The position numbers and the translations under genes were made by a program. Of a stretch of 64,000 bases of DNA, positions 25,640-38,589 are shown piece after piece (the stretch's first letter is position 1; each line of letters opens with the position of its first letter). Origin of the DNA: Octopus vulgaris (Eukaryota). The notes under the pieces were generated by a model. It had not been told where the DNA came from, did not search any database, and saw only the letters and a list, made by a program, of their open reading frames with translations. The DNA lies in the NCBI GenBank assembly GCA_951406725.2, contig OX597816.1:171058001-171122000 (forward strand), read 5' to 3'.

Positions 25640-26169
25640 GGCTCTCATGGCTTATGATCTTAACCGATTGGAAGTGTTATCATGTACGTTGTTTTGTCTT
25701 GGTATAAAAGATGGGCTACAGCAAATATTCTGCTCAATACCACAGATTTGCTTGTCAGTTGTTTGACCTTAACCAGTTGAGCATGTCCCTCAGTGGCTGA
25801 TGATATATGCATCTCTGATCACGAGCAGAAGTAGTGGGGGAGCATCATAGCCATGTGTTGAGAGGGATTCTTGGAGTTTGGGATAATTCACCTTTGGAAA
25901 CATGGGTGGTTCGTTCAACATCCTTAAACAACCCTTATTCAGGGACCTTTTGAGCGGGATGGGCTACTCGACCAGAAGCAAATTCTAACTGCGCCCCACC
26001 TGGAAGGTCATGCGCTGTTTATCTTGATATGAGATCTCAATGCCGCGCACATATGATTGTGATGAATGTGCCTGGTTTACCCTTATCACTGGTAGTCATG
26101 ATGGGTATGCTGGGCTTTGTATATTTTACCCCAGTGTCACTTTGATGGCATGCACTACTCTCTCACTCA
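25639..26169 (+). mobile_element. Interspersed repeat embedded in (TAA)n (probable non-LTR 3' end)
   Basis: Reverse complement of 56152-56630; (AAT)n on both sides. Confidence 0.75.
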
Positions 26170-26696
26170 TTAATAATAACAATAATGATAATAATAACAA
26201 CAACAACAACAATAATAATAGTTACTATTACTATCGTTATTATTGTTTTGTTATTGCTATTGTTGTTATTATTATTATTAATTATGATAATAAGAGTAGC
26301 AAGGATGCAAAGAAAACATGCGTTTATATATTTAATATATAAATTTAGCTGTTGTTAAATTTACAATGTGTCATCAATTTACATAAATAGATTGAGAATG
26401 AGGATTTCTAATCGATATTTATCGATTAAAACCTTCAGCATTTTTAGTTGTTGAAAGTTGTTTCAATTTAGAAAGGAATAATGTGGGAAGATAGGCAATG
26501 CAGACAACATTAGCCGGTATCCATGCCGTCTCTAGAGATCGGTTTTCAAAATGAAATATATACCAGTCTTCGCGTTAAATAACCTGCTATTTGCCCTGTT
26601 ACTAGAATGACCTGTGTGAAACAGCACATAACGCAAACTTGAACTTTGGTGCTCATTTCTCAAATAATTCAAACATGTCGTCATCTTCATGCTAGG

Positions 26697-27063
<367 letters not shown>

Positions 27064-27065
<2 letters not shown>

Positions 27066-28825
27066 CTTTCTTTATTGGCCACACAGGGCTGAACATAGAG
27101 GGTACAAATACAATGTAGAGGTTTTTTTTTATTTTCGAGGAGAAGGGCCAAAACAAGCAAAAATAAAAAATAAAAATAGGGACAACGACCAAAAGGGATC
27201 GAAATGGCTTGAGAAATACAAAAGTCGAAAAAAGTTCCCAAAAGTGGGGAGGTTTATCCGTGGAAAAAATCACCTACGAAAAAATCACGGTAACCTCGGG
27301 CAATAATATCACACAACATATTTACAAGTAGGTAACTCTCTTTTTTTTCATTTGTTTCTGGCTCATAGGATTACGCTCCATCATTCATACGTGCCTTCCT
27401 TGCTAGATTCACCCATCTTTTGTTGAATCATTCACTAGACAAGCTTCCCTTTCTTCTCTCGCCTTCCTTTTCAAGTGATACTTGAAGAAGTTGATGACAG
27501 ATTGACCAGATAGGAAAGTGTTTGTCTCTAGTTCTTTCAGACGCATCCACCAGACGCATTCTTTCGCCATAGCCACAAGCACGATGAAAATGGCTCTTCC
27601 TTCCCGTTTGAAGGAAGGAGGCGCGACAATATTAACAATAGACTCGGCTAATAAACCGACTTGTCCCACACGTGACAACAGTCGTTCGGCATAAGCCCAC
27701 AGGTCGGAAATGTTTGGACACTGCACGAGTGCATGCGGAACGGTTTCGTCGCTCTGACCGCATCTCGAGCAGGTCGGCCCGGTGTTTCTCGAGCCATGCC
27801 TGTAGAGCTTATCCCGAACGGGTAGCGCTTGTCGATAGCACTAACAGGCTAGGGATCTCTGGAGGTTATCCATAGGTCCAGGCACGAAAGTCGTCTTGAA
27901 CAGGCGGGTCAGGTATTCCTCGTCGACGCCCAGTTTCGCCCCGAAACCGTCGTCGTATCTGCCCTCAACTAATACCCTATAGAAAACTTTGGTTGTGATG
28001 CAATCGCTCAAGGTGGACCCGGGACGGCATAGTTGGCCAAAATTTTCAAATCTGCATTGAGCAGAGTGATGGGTTTAAAGTTATGTATTACATCCCCCTT
28101 GTTTGGATCTTTCTTTAGCAGCGTTACGGCTTCTCGGCTCACAAAACCGGGGATACTCCCGTTTTGCTGCCAGTTGCAGTACAATGTTGCCAAGACGTCT
28201 CCAAACAAGTCTGACATACAATTGTAAAGCTCGCAGGGCAAACCATCCAAACCCGGCGATTTGTTCCTCGTGCATTCCGCGATCGCGTCCCGCACGTCCG
28301 CCGCCGGGATGGCACCCTCGCAGCACTCTGCCTCTCTTTCCGAGAGTCGTGGCAGGCTGTGCAAGGCACTGAAGTCCACTCTGCGTTCTCCCTCGCCACT
28401 CGTCCCGAAAAGTCGGGCAAAATGCTGCTGAAACGCCTCATACATTTTGCAGGTCTCGAGTAATTCGCGCCCCTGTTCATCTACCAGAAACCGAATAGTG
28501 ACTTTGTTGCCCTGTTACGCCTCCGTCGCCCGGGTCTATCGTGCGGCTCCAACACCTTCGTTCCTTAGAGCACGCATCCTAGCCCTGACAGCACACCCTT
28601 CGTGTTTGGCGTTGAAGTGTCGAGGGCCAACCTCGCCGCCAAAACGTCGAAAGCGATGCCACTTCTAATCGCCTCTTCTAGCTTCTTAACTAGCTCACCC
28701 TCTACTTTGTTTCTATCTATCGCTAGTGCTTTGCTTTACCTAATCGTTTTTGCTTTTATTGCTCTCTTGAGGGCAAACCACCATTTTTGTTGATCATGGC
28801 TCCCGTCAAAGCTCTCTTTACGAGC
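27064..28825 (-). mobile_element. L1/Tx1-like LINE, 5'-truncated and internally deleted
   Basis: ORF 28008..28445 has KSPGLDGLPCELY...VTLLKKDPNK...NFKPITLLNADLKILA; C-terminal CSRCGQSDETVPHALVQC zinc knuckle; 3' AATAAA abutting (TATC)n. Confidence 0.85.
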
Positions 28826-28849
28826 GTGCTAATTTTGAATATATATATA

Positions 28850-28852
<3 letters not shown>

Positions 28853-28942
<90 letters not shown>
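28853..28942. repeat. (GT)n microsatellite
   Basis: Direct inspection. Confidence 0.97.
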
Positions 28943-28943
<1 letters not shown>

Positions 28944-28984
28944 ACAGCGTGTGCGTGCGTGTGTGTGTGTGTGTATGTATGTAT

Positions 28985-29178
28985 TTGTGTGTGTCTGTGT
29001 TTGTCCCCACCATCGCTTGACAACCGATGTTGGTGTGTTTATGTCCCCGTGAATTAGCGGTTCGGCAAAAGAGAACGATAGAATAAGTACTAAGCTTACA
29101 AAGAATAAGTCCTGGTGTCGATTTCTTCGACTAAAGGCGAGGCTTCAGCATGACCGAGTCAAATGACTGGAACAAGTA
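28985..29178 (+). mobile_element. SINE family A 3' half; tail resumes at 30468 after the mariner insertion
   Basis: ...AAATGACTGGAACAAGTA | mariner | TAAAAGAATAAAAGAAT. Confidence 0.8.
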
Positions 29179-30467
29179 CGAGGGGCGTTCAATAAGTAAT
29201 GCCCCTGACCCACTTCCCATAGCAGTAGAGCAACGAAACTTGGCACAGTTATTAGTCTTTTTCTACATAGGAACCACCCAGAGTTACGCATTTCTCCCAT
29301 CGTTTGATGCGGCTCTGGAGACCGTTTTTGTAGAAGAACCCAGCTTGGTCCTCCAACCACGAAGTGACTTCAGAAATCAAGGCTGCATCATCTGGGAAAC
29401 GCTTTCCTTTCATAAACAACTTCATGATTGGGAAGAGGTGAAAATCAGAGGGTGCAAGGTCAGGAAAGTAGGGGGATGGGGAGGAGTTCATAGCCATACG
29501 CCTGTGCTTCTGATCTGGCGACAAGCGAGTTGTGGACCGGAGCGTTGTCCTGCAGGAGGAGGATGCCTTTGCTGATCTTGCCCCGCCTCTTGATTTTGAT
29601 AACTTCTCTTAATTTCCTCAAAAGTGAAGCATAATAGGCTCCTGCAATTGTGGTACCCTTTGCCAGGAAATCTGTCATCACTACTCCGTCCTGGTCCCAG
29701 AAGGCTGTGAGCATGACCTTGCCAGCGGAGGGCTGCACCCTTGCCTTCTTTGGAAGGGTGAGTCACGGTGCTTCCACTGCATTGACTGGGCTTTGGTCTC
29801 TGGATCATCGTGATGGACCCAGGTTTCATCCTGTGTAATCAGTCTTTTGAAAAATTTTGACTCATCTTCTTGGCACATCTCCAAATTCACCCTCGAGCAC
29901 TCAACGCGTTCTTGCTTCTGGAAAGGTGTGAGCAACCTGGGAATCCATCTGGCAGACACCTTTTGCATATGCAAATGGTCATGAATGATAGTTTCCACAG
30001 ACCCGGTACTAATCTTGACTTCATGGGCTATTTGGCGAATAGTTATGCGTCGATCTTCCAAAATGGCAGCCTCAACTTGACGGACAGATGCCTCATCAAT
30101 GGCAGAAGGGGGCGACCAGATCTGGGAGCTGTTTCCACAGAGTTCCGACCATGTTTGAATTCACGATGCCAGCGCTTTACAAGGTCATATGATGAGGCAT
30201 CATCACCATAAGTTACTTTCATTTCATCAAAAGTCTCCCGTGGTGTGCGTCCTTTCAAATACAAAAACTGAATCACTGCTCGACACTCAACAGGCTCTAT
30301 TTCACACTTGACTCGGTTCAAACACCTGTAAATCAGAAACCACATTTAATTCAGAGCTGTAATTTGCCACTTACTCTATAGAGATATAAATAATTGCACA
30401 GACAAAATTTCAGCTAGATCAAACAACTGCAAGTGGGTCAGAGGCATTACTTATTGAACGTCCCTCG
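29179..30467 (-). mobile_element. Full-length mariner (DD34D, irritans-like) with frameshifted transposase
   Basis: 37-bp TIRs with 2 mismatches (CGAGGGGCGTTCAATAAGTAATGCCCCTGACCCACTT) and TA TSD; motifs WIPRLL, ITQDETW, LQDNAPVH and PYFPDLAPSDFHLF with D-34-D spacing. Confidence 0.95.
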
Positions 30468-30480
30468 TAAAAGAATAAAA

Positions 30481-30513
<33 letters not shown>

Positions 30514-30584
30514 GTGACCGCGTGTGTACCGTTAGCGATTTTTTCCCCTCCGTCTTCCCTTCTTTGGATCTTTCCTTTTCTTAT

Positions 30585-30619
30585 GTTTCTGACGAAGAGC
30601 TCCACTCGAAACGTTAAAC
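30585..30619 (+). ncRNA. Minimal type I hammerhead-like motif in a 210-bp (TA)n-flanked island (30511-30720)
   Basis: GTTT-CTGACGA-A-GAG ctcca CTC-GAAA-CGTT-AAAC; palindrome AACGTT at stem III. Confidence 0.62.
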
Positions 30620-30720
30620 CCTCCTTTTTCTCTTCTTTTCTGAGTGTCCAATAATACTATACTTCTTCCACGTCCTCGCGTTGTTGTGTTTTCTCTTTGT
30701 GTTTTCATGTTTGTATTAAC

Positions 30721-30815
<95 letters not shown>

Positions 30816-31208
30816 TTATATATACACGACGGCCTTTCAGTTTTCGCCTACCAAATCCACTCACAAGGTGTCATACGGTGGGACTGAACCCAGAACTATG
30901 TGCTTGGGAAGCAAAATTTTTAACACACAGCCACGCCTGCGCATTACGAAAGACTTTGCAGAGTAAGCACCCATCGTTGTTCACTGTAGAGAGGTGTAGC
31001 TCTGACATGATAATGCAAGACTATATATTGTCCAGCTCACTCAGGAAAAGATTATGGCACTAAATATAGAAGTCATGTCTCAACCTCCTTACACTCCTTA
31101 CCTTTTCAAATCACTGCATGCAGATTGGTCAAAACCCTATCCAAAAATTAAGCTTGTTGGAGCATTCTAAGAGGTACTAAAGTTGTCAAGAACTCAACTG
31201 TCAGTTAA

Positions 31209-31428
31209 CCCTTTCGTTACCAACCCAGCTGAAACTGGCTCTGGCTCTGAGTACAAATGTCTTGTTTTCATAAGTTTTGAATTAGAATCTCCCACCAAAC
31301 CTTAGTCACAATTTATGTTCCTAACACTAGCTTAATAATAACTAAGTTATTTTACTTAATTCTTTGTTACATTTAAAGTAATTGAAAGAAACACAGAACA
31401 TCTCAAAATAAATACAGTAACGAAAGGG
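31209..31428. mobile_element. piggyBac-type MITE
   Basis: TTAA|CCCTTTCGTTAC...GTAACGAAAGGG|TTAA. Confidence 0.88.
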
Positions 31429-32423
31429 TTAAAACATTTTAAAATCTGATGGTTACTACAAACATATGAAAGCTCTAATTGAATTTTATGAATATTACAA
31501 AATATTTTTTTTTAATGTTAAAATATCATAGTAAAAAAATGTGAAAACCAGATCAGAGGGAAAACTTATTTTGATCAATTTGCTTTATCTGGGCTGAACT
31601 GTTGCAGAGCAATAATGTAAACGGCAGGGAGTATGGAAGAGATGTAAAAATCAAACATGCCGAGAAATGAGTGGCGTATGATCTGTTATAGTATGATCTC
31701 AATTTGACATAAATTAAACAACAATCAGGTAAGCAAAGAACTAAGATCAGAATATTTGTATAATAATGATTTTCATATCAACTTACGGCCAAATATTGGT
31801 AAACAGGTTTATGGTCGATTGAACTGGATAATTAATGACAGACCATTCCAACACATACATAACACACAAGTGCAAACTGACGAACGGATAAATATATTAT
31901 CTTAAACAATATTTCTTTTCCTTTTTTTTTTCAGGGAGGAAGAGACAGTCGACTAAGTAGATATTTTGTCCCCGTTAAGATGAAAAACATGTCGATATTC
32001 ATTGGAACCGAACTAAAAGCATAAAAAGCCGTGAATAAAGACCAAAGTAATTTTGATCAACACATCATGATTTTGCCATTTACCAAGTGATAATTTTCTA
32101 TGTATCTCTCCCCCATTTTAGCATCACGTTTATTGAATAATCGTAGTTCCATTGGAAAATTTTTATTTTCGTTAAAATAGTAAAAAACAAAGCTGAAATG
32201 CCAAACTTAATTACAATCATTGAAGCCAATATAATATTCGTCTCTTGAGGAAATTAAATCTTCTCGAGTATATTTTCCAAATCGTACACTTTCCAGTTTG
32301 AAATATTATTTAATATTATTTTCTATTTAAGATTTTCTTTGAACCATTCTAATGACATTCTGAAAGTCTTAAGAACATTGCAACTTCCCATTTCTGTGGT
32401 TTCATTAAAATAAACTAATTAAT

Positions 32424-33228
32424 AGACGCAGGCGTAGCTGTGTGGTAAGAGACTTGCTTCCCAACCACATGGTTCCGGGTTCAGTTCCACTACATGACAT
32501 CCTGAGCAAGCGTCTTCTACTAAAGCCTCAGGTGTGTGTGTGTGTGTTTATCTGTATCTCTGTGTGTCTGTGTAAGTGTGTCTTTGTGTTTGTCCCCCAC
32601 CAACACTTGACAACCTGTGTTGGTGTGTTTACGTTCCCGTAAACTAGCGGTTCGGCTAAAGTGACCAAAAGATTGGGATCTTTTCGGTTTGAACGGCAGT
32701 TTTTAACATAATTTCTAGGTAACTAAAAAGTTTTAAACTTCGTATACTGGTAGAATGTGTTTATAGAACATCTTTTTCTCTTGGCTTTATTGAGAAAATT
32801 CTATAGTTTGTAAGATATTTGTTTTTTTTTTCTTCAATTTCTGCAATTTCAACTAATCAATTACGTCTATTGAGGTAGAAAAAAACATTCTGTGCCGTAT
32901 GAATATGTTCCTCGTTTAAGAAGCAGACTGGGTTTATTTACATTTGTGAAGAGAAAAAGATACCCTTCCCCCCACCCCTAACCCTAACCCTAACCCTAAC
33001 CCTAAAATAGATTGAAATGCAATAGATCGATACTAGGGTCATAATTATGAGTGACAATTTCATATGACACCGCTAGAAAAAAATTGCCGTTCAAACCGAA
33101 AAGATCCAAAGAATGAATACAAGGCTTTAAAAAAGTACTGGGGTCGATTAATTAGACGAAAAGTTCTTCAAGGTGGTGCCCCAGCATGGCCGCAGTCTAA
33201 TGGCTGAAGCAAGTAAAAGATAAAAGAT
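32424..33228 (+). mobile_element. SINE family A interrupted by a MITE
   Basis: Head at 32424-32667 and tail at 33116-33228. Confidence 0.75.
32676..33107 (+). mobile_element. Merlin-like MITE with internal (CCCTAA)5
   Basis: TIR GGATCTTTTCGGTTTGAACGGCA; 8-bp TSD AAAGATTG/AAAGAATG. Confidence 0.85.
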
Positions 33229-33699
33229 GATTTATTTATTCAGTTAGTCTGTAATGCACAATCGGAAGTACAGGACTTATATTTTATTCATTTCAGTGAG
33301 ACGAAAGTCATAATCGACTCCAGGACCGATTCTGCATACAAGCAATAGAGTGTAGTTGCCTAAGAGCATCTCCAAAGCCGAATAGTGGTGTTAAACGTGG
33401 AGAATTGGTATTTTGAATTTTTACAGAGCTAATCAATAGCTCTGTCATACGCCCCGAGTTATATTCATATATCAATCTATTTATTTATTTGGCTATCTGC
33501 ACACACACTCACACACAACACATACATAGTCATAGACATGTGTGCGTATGTGTGTGAATCTTATTGATACTTTGGGTTCTTATCGATTCTTAGGGTTCGT
33601 GCACCACGAAGTTTTGCCAGTGAACAGGTCGCGGTTTCAAAGCGACGAAAATATTTTGACACAAATTAAATTTAAATGTTGAAGTGAATCTAACGGTTT

Positions 33700-34142
33700 G
33701 AGCTGGCAGAAACGTTAGCACGCTGGGCGAAATGCTTAGCAGTATTTCGTCTGTCTTCATGTTCTGAGTTCAAATTCCGCCGAGGTCGACTTTGCCTTTT
33801 ATCCTTTCGGGGTCGATAAGTTAAGTACCAGTTACGCACAGGGTCGATGTAATTGACTTAATCCATTTGTCTGTCCTTGTTTGTCCCCTCCATGTTTAAC
33901 CCCCTTGTGGGCAATAAAGAAATAAGAAACGTTAGCACGCCGGGCGAAATGCTTAGCGTTATTTCGTCTGCCGTTACGTTCTGAGTTCAAATTCCGCCGA
34001 GGTCGACTTTGCCTTTCATCCTTTCAGGGTCGATTAAATAAGTACCAGTTACGTACTGGGGTCGATATAATCGACTTAATCCGTTTGTCTGTCCTTGTTT
34101 GTCCTCTCTGTGTTTAGCCCCTTGTGGGTAGCAAAGAAATAG
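33700..34142 (+). mobile_element. Tandem dimer of SINE family C
   Basis: Two successive GAAACGTTAGCACGC...CCCCTTGTGGG..AAAGAAATA units. Confidence 0.85.
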
Positions 34143-34397
34143 TTTTTTTGTGTAGTCTTAAATGGCTTATAAACATCTTCCACGCTGCAATTGTATATAT
34201 ATATATGAATATATATCTCACTATATATGTGCATACATTTATGTATTCATGGATAAGCAGATGCATGCAAATATGTGTGTATGTGTATACATAAATATAA
34301 GTATACGCAATCGGGCCGTTGATGGGTTGAGAAAAAATAAACGGCATAGAAAGTTAAAGGTATTGTCAATAGAGTCAAGGTATTCTGGGGAAAATAA

Positions 34398-34704
34398 GAG
34401 GCGCAATGGCCCAGTGGTTAGGGCAGCAGACTCGCGGTCGGAGGATCGCGGTTTCGATTCCAAGACTAGACGTTGTGTGTATTTATTGAGCGAAAACACC
34501 TAAAAGCTCCACGAGGCTCTGGCAGGAGGTGGTGGCGACCCTTGTTGTACTCTTTCGCCCCAACTTTCTCTCACACTCTCTTCCTGTTTCTTGAGTAACG
34601 CTGCGATGGACTGGCATCCCGTCCAGCCGGGGGGAACACGTACGCCACACAAACCTGGAAACCGGGCCCATGAACCTGGCTAGGCTTGAAAAGGGCGACG
34701 TTTA
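34398..34704 (+). mobile_element. SINE family B (tail type 2)
   Basis: Same tRNA head as 20437 but a different 3' half (CTGCGATGGACTGGCATCCCGTCCAG...). Confidence 0.82.
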
Positions 34705-34954
34705 TTGTTTTTTTATTCTGGTGAAAACCAGGCAGAACAATCATAAATGAACGATTCAGGCATGGCAACGGAAGCAAAGAGAGGCGAAACCGTACGGTGA
34801 GTGGAAGAGAGAGAGAGAAAGAGAAGAGGAAGAAAAGTGATGAGTTGGAAAAAAAGAACGAAAGGAAAGAGAAAGAAAGAAAAGGGGGAAAGTAAGAGAA
34901 AGAATAAAAGAGGGGAGACATGGGGTGGAAGAAATAAAGACAGGAAGAGATAAG

Positions 34955-35378
34955 GGATCTTTTCGGTTTGAACGGCAGTTTTTCTAGCGGTGTCATATGA
35001 AATTGTCACCCATAATTATGACCCTAGTATCGATCTATTGCATTTCAATCTATTTTAGGGTTAGGGTTAGGGTTAGGGGTGGGGGGAAGGGTATCTTTTT
35101 TTCTTCACAAATCTAAATAAACCCAATCTGTTTCTTAAACGAGGGACATATTCATACGGCACAGAATGTTTTTTTTACCTCAATAGACGTCAGTGATTGG
35201 TTGAAATTGCAGAAATTGAAGAAAAAAAACAACAAATATCTTACAAACTATAGAATTTTCTCAATAAAGCCAAGAGAAAAAGATGTTTTATAAACACATT
35301 CTACCAGTATACGAAGTTTTAAAGCGTTTAGTTACGTGGAAATTATTTTAAAAACTGCCGTTCAAATCGAAAAGATCC
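34955..35378 (-). mobile_element. Merlin-like MITE with internal (TTAGGG)4
   Basis: Same TIRs; perfect 8-bp TSD GAGATAAG. Confidence 0.9.
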
Positions 35379-35869
35379 GAGATAAGCGATAGTTAGAAAT
35401 CAAAGAGAGGACAGTAATAAAAAACACTAATGGCCTTGATGTGTGTGATTGATCGTCACACTCAAAAAACATTTGCATTGTCTTTAGATCAAACACTATC
35501 TAGAATCTAGAAAATGTATTTATATTTGATATAGGCTACTTACTCTCATGATCAGCTTAAATCTATGATCTTGGGTCATTACTACTATCTTACATTGGGA
35601 GTGAAGCGCCTTAGAAAAAATGGAGAGTAAAGGGAACGAAAAAAATCAGCAGTAATAATATTATGAAGAGACGGTGGAGAAAGTTGCAGCAGCAGTGGAA
35701 AGTAGAGAGAGTGAAAAAATATTAGGTTAAAAATATAAAATAAAATTTTTAAAAATCAAACAAAAAAGATAAATTACAAAATTTGCAATTATCCTTTAGG
35801 CATCATACTCATTTGACCATTGCCTCTCACTATAGAATTAAAGTTATTTAGGAAACCGGCTAAAGAATT

Positions 35870-36288
35870 GGATCTTTTCGGTTTGAACGGCAGTTTTTAA
35901 CATAATTTCTAGGTAACTAAAAAATGTCAAACTTCGTATACTGGTAGAATGTGTTTATAAAATATCTTTTTCTCTTGGCTTTATTGAGAAAATTCTATAG
36001 TTTGTAAGGTATTCGTTGTTTTTTTCTTCAATTTCTGCAATTTCAACCAATCAGTGACGTCTATTGAGGTAAAAAAAAAACATTCTGTGCCGTATGAATA
36101 TGTCCCTCGTTTAATAAACAGATTGGGTTTATTTACATTTGTGAAGAAAAAAAGATACCCTTCCCCCACCCCTAACCCTAACCCTAAAATAGATTGAAAT
36201 GCAATAGATCGATACTAGGGTCATAATTATGGATGACAATTTCATATGACACCGCTAGAAAAAACTGCCGTTCAAACCGAAAAGATCC
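35870..36288 (+). mobile_element. Merlin-like MITE with internal (CCCTAA)3
   Basis: Same TIRs; perfect 8-bp TSD AAAGAATT. Confidence 0.9.
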
Positions 36289-37030
36289 AAAGAATTTATT
36301 ATAGAAATGCTTACAGCGTATCGTTAATTCCTTTTATGTTAATTAGGTTACTCTGTGACGTAAGTATTTGGAGGGACTCCTCTAAGCAAAGTTCGCATTT
36401 TAGCGACCCCGAAACGATGAAAATCAAAGATGATTTCGGTGGGATTCGAAATCAGGACGCAGATTGGAAATATACACCGCAAGATTTTTGCCCCACGCCC
36501 TAATGACTCCACCACACGCACGTACACTCACACGAGAACAAACACACACACACACACATACACACACACACACACACCCATGCATATCTACATGCAGTGG
36601 CGGACTGAGTCTAAAAATATTGGTTGCCGGGAGACTAGGGGAGTTCACCCGCAACTACTATGATATCTTATTTTTATAACGAATAAATAAAATGTTCAAA
36701 AAATACATAAGTGGAAACAAAAAGGTGCAATTCAAATGTTTTGCAAAAAAAATGTATATTTTTAAATAATTACAATGCACGTGTACTGAATATATTACTG
36801 GTACTATACAGTAATACCAATTGTAAATTCAGAATGAATTTTTAAATAAATGTTTTGGTAAATATATATCAGGTCATTAAGAATGAAATGTTTGATTTTC
36901 TTATGCACCAAGTTCAACAGTCGTTAACCCTAATGTTTCATCTTGACAATTCTTTGATTTTGCAGCATTGAAGAATTACATCATCACTTTTCGAAATGTA
37001 ATTCACGGTGTCTGATTATAATGTAGGTTA

Positions 37031-37432
37031 TCTTTATATATAAAAGTGAGGTTGTGTGCTGTCTGTCTCCTACGATTTAGATTCCTAACTACTCCCACAC
37101 TTTGCGGTGCAGTGTAACCAAAACCGGGTATCTTATAGTCGTGATTCATATCGAGCCCTTCTAGGTATTAGCGCGCATCTACGATGAGTCTACGACTTGA
37201 AAAGAATTTTACCATCAATTTTTCCCATTTTTAATACATTTTTTTTGCTATTATATAAGGGAAGTAACTCTCTAAAAATTTATTATTAAATCTCAGAACG
37301 TAAAAAGCTACAGAAACCCCCCCTCCCTTTGTGGTTAGCCATATTGAGATGGCTATTATACTTTACATCTCTAAAAATGCTTATATAGTTATTTCCCTTA
37401 CAAACCCGAGCAACGCCGGGCGATACTGCTAG
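37031..37432 (+). mobile_element. Non-autonomous Helitron
   Basis: A|TCTTTATATATAAAAG...CCCGAGCAACGCCGGGCGATACTGCTAG|T. Confidence 0.9.
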
Positions 37433-38200
37433 TCTCTTATAAATCAATTTTTCTGAACCCATGGATAGATCAAAAATTCATGTTGTTTATGGATATGAGT
37501 TCCGTCGTGGAACCATTGAATCCCAGACAGCTCGAGGTGTTTGGTGAAGATGTGACGAATGAGCGAACTGTACATCGATGGTTTGAGAAGCTCCGGTCTG
37601 GTGAGTTTACTCTTGAAAATCAGACCCGTGGTAGACCTGAGACCAAGGTGGATAATGATGAACTGGAAACTGTAGTGAAATCGGATACATCTCAAACTAC
37701 GCGTGAGTTATCAGCAAGGTTTGATGTTTCAATTCCAACTGTATTGGACCATCTGAAACAAATCGGCGAGGTAAAGAAGCTGGATAAGTGGGTACCATAC
37801 GGACTGAACGAGCATCAAATGACACCTCGTCTTGGAACTTGCTGTTCTTTGCTGTCATAACATGAAAGCGATCCGTTTTTGCATCGTATTGTTACGTGTG
37901 CTGAAAAATGGATTCTTTTCAACGATAGCAAGCATTCTGCATAGTGGTTGGATAGAGACGAAGTGCCAAAACACAATCCAAAAAGAATATTCACAAAAAA
38001 AAGCTAACAGTGTCTGTTTGGTGTCATCCGCTACAGCTTCATGAGACCTAGTAAACCAATTACAGCGGATGTATACATCAACCAGTTGGATGAAATGATG
38101 AGTGAACTTGCAATTAAGCAACCGAGATTGGTCAATAGAGACAGGCCAATTCTCTTGTAAGACAATGCTCGCTCACACGTTGCATAAAGAACGCTACTCT

Positions 38201-38589
38201 GGATGGAAGCACTCCGTCGGTTACGACGACGAGGGTTCCGGATGATCCGAATCAACGGAACAGCCTGCTCGTGAAATTAACGTGTAAGTGGCTGAGCACT
38301 CCACAGACACGTGTACCCTTAACATAGTTCTCGGGGATATTCAGCGTGACACAGAAAGTGACAAGGCCGGTCCTTTGAAATACAGGTACAACAGAAACAC
38401 GAAGTAAGAATGAGAGAAAGTTGTGGTGAAAGAGTACAGCAGGGATCACCACCATCCCTGCCGGAGCCTCGTGGAGCTTTAGGTGTTTTCGCTCAATGAA
38501 CACTCACAACGCCCGGTCTGGGAATCGAAACCGCAATCCTACGACTGCGAGTCCGCTGGCCTAACCACTGGGCCATTGCGCCTCCACAG
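38201..38589 (-). mobile_element. SINE family B (tail type 3), full length
   Basis: 9-bp TSD CGCTACTCT (38192-38200 and 38590-38598); tRNA head on the minus strand. Confidence 0.9.

Noticed and set aside
31724-31940. Donor-like CAG|GTAAGC and acceptor-like T-run CAG suggesting an intron
   Set aside because: Flanks contain stops, and the downstream part looks like a decayed SINE
32976-33005. Telomeric repeats as evidence of a chromosome end or fusion
   Set aside because: Only 3-5 units, always at the same position inside a MITE
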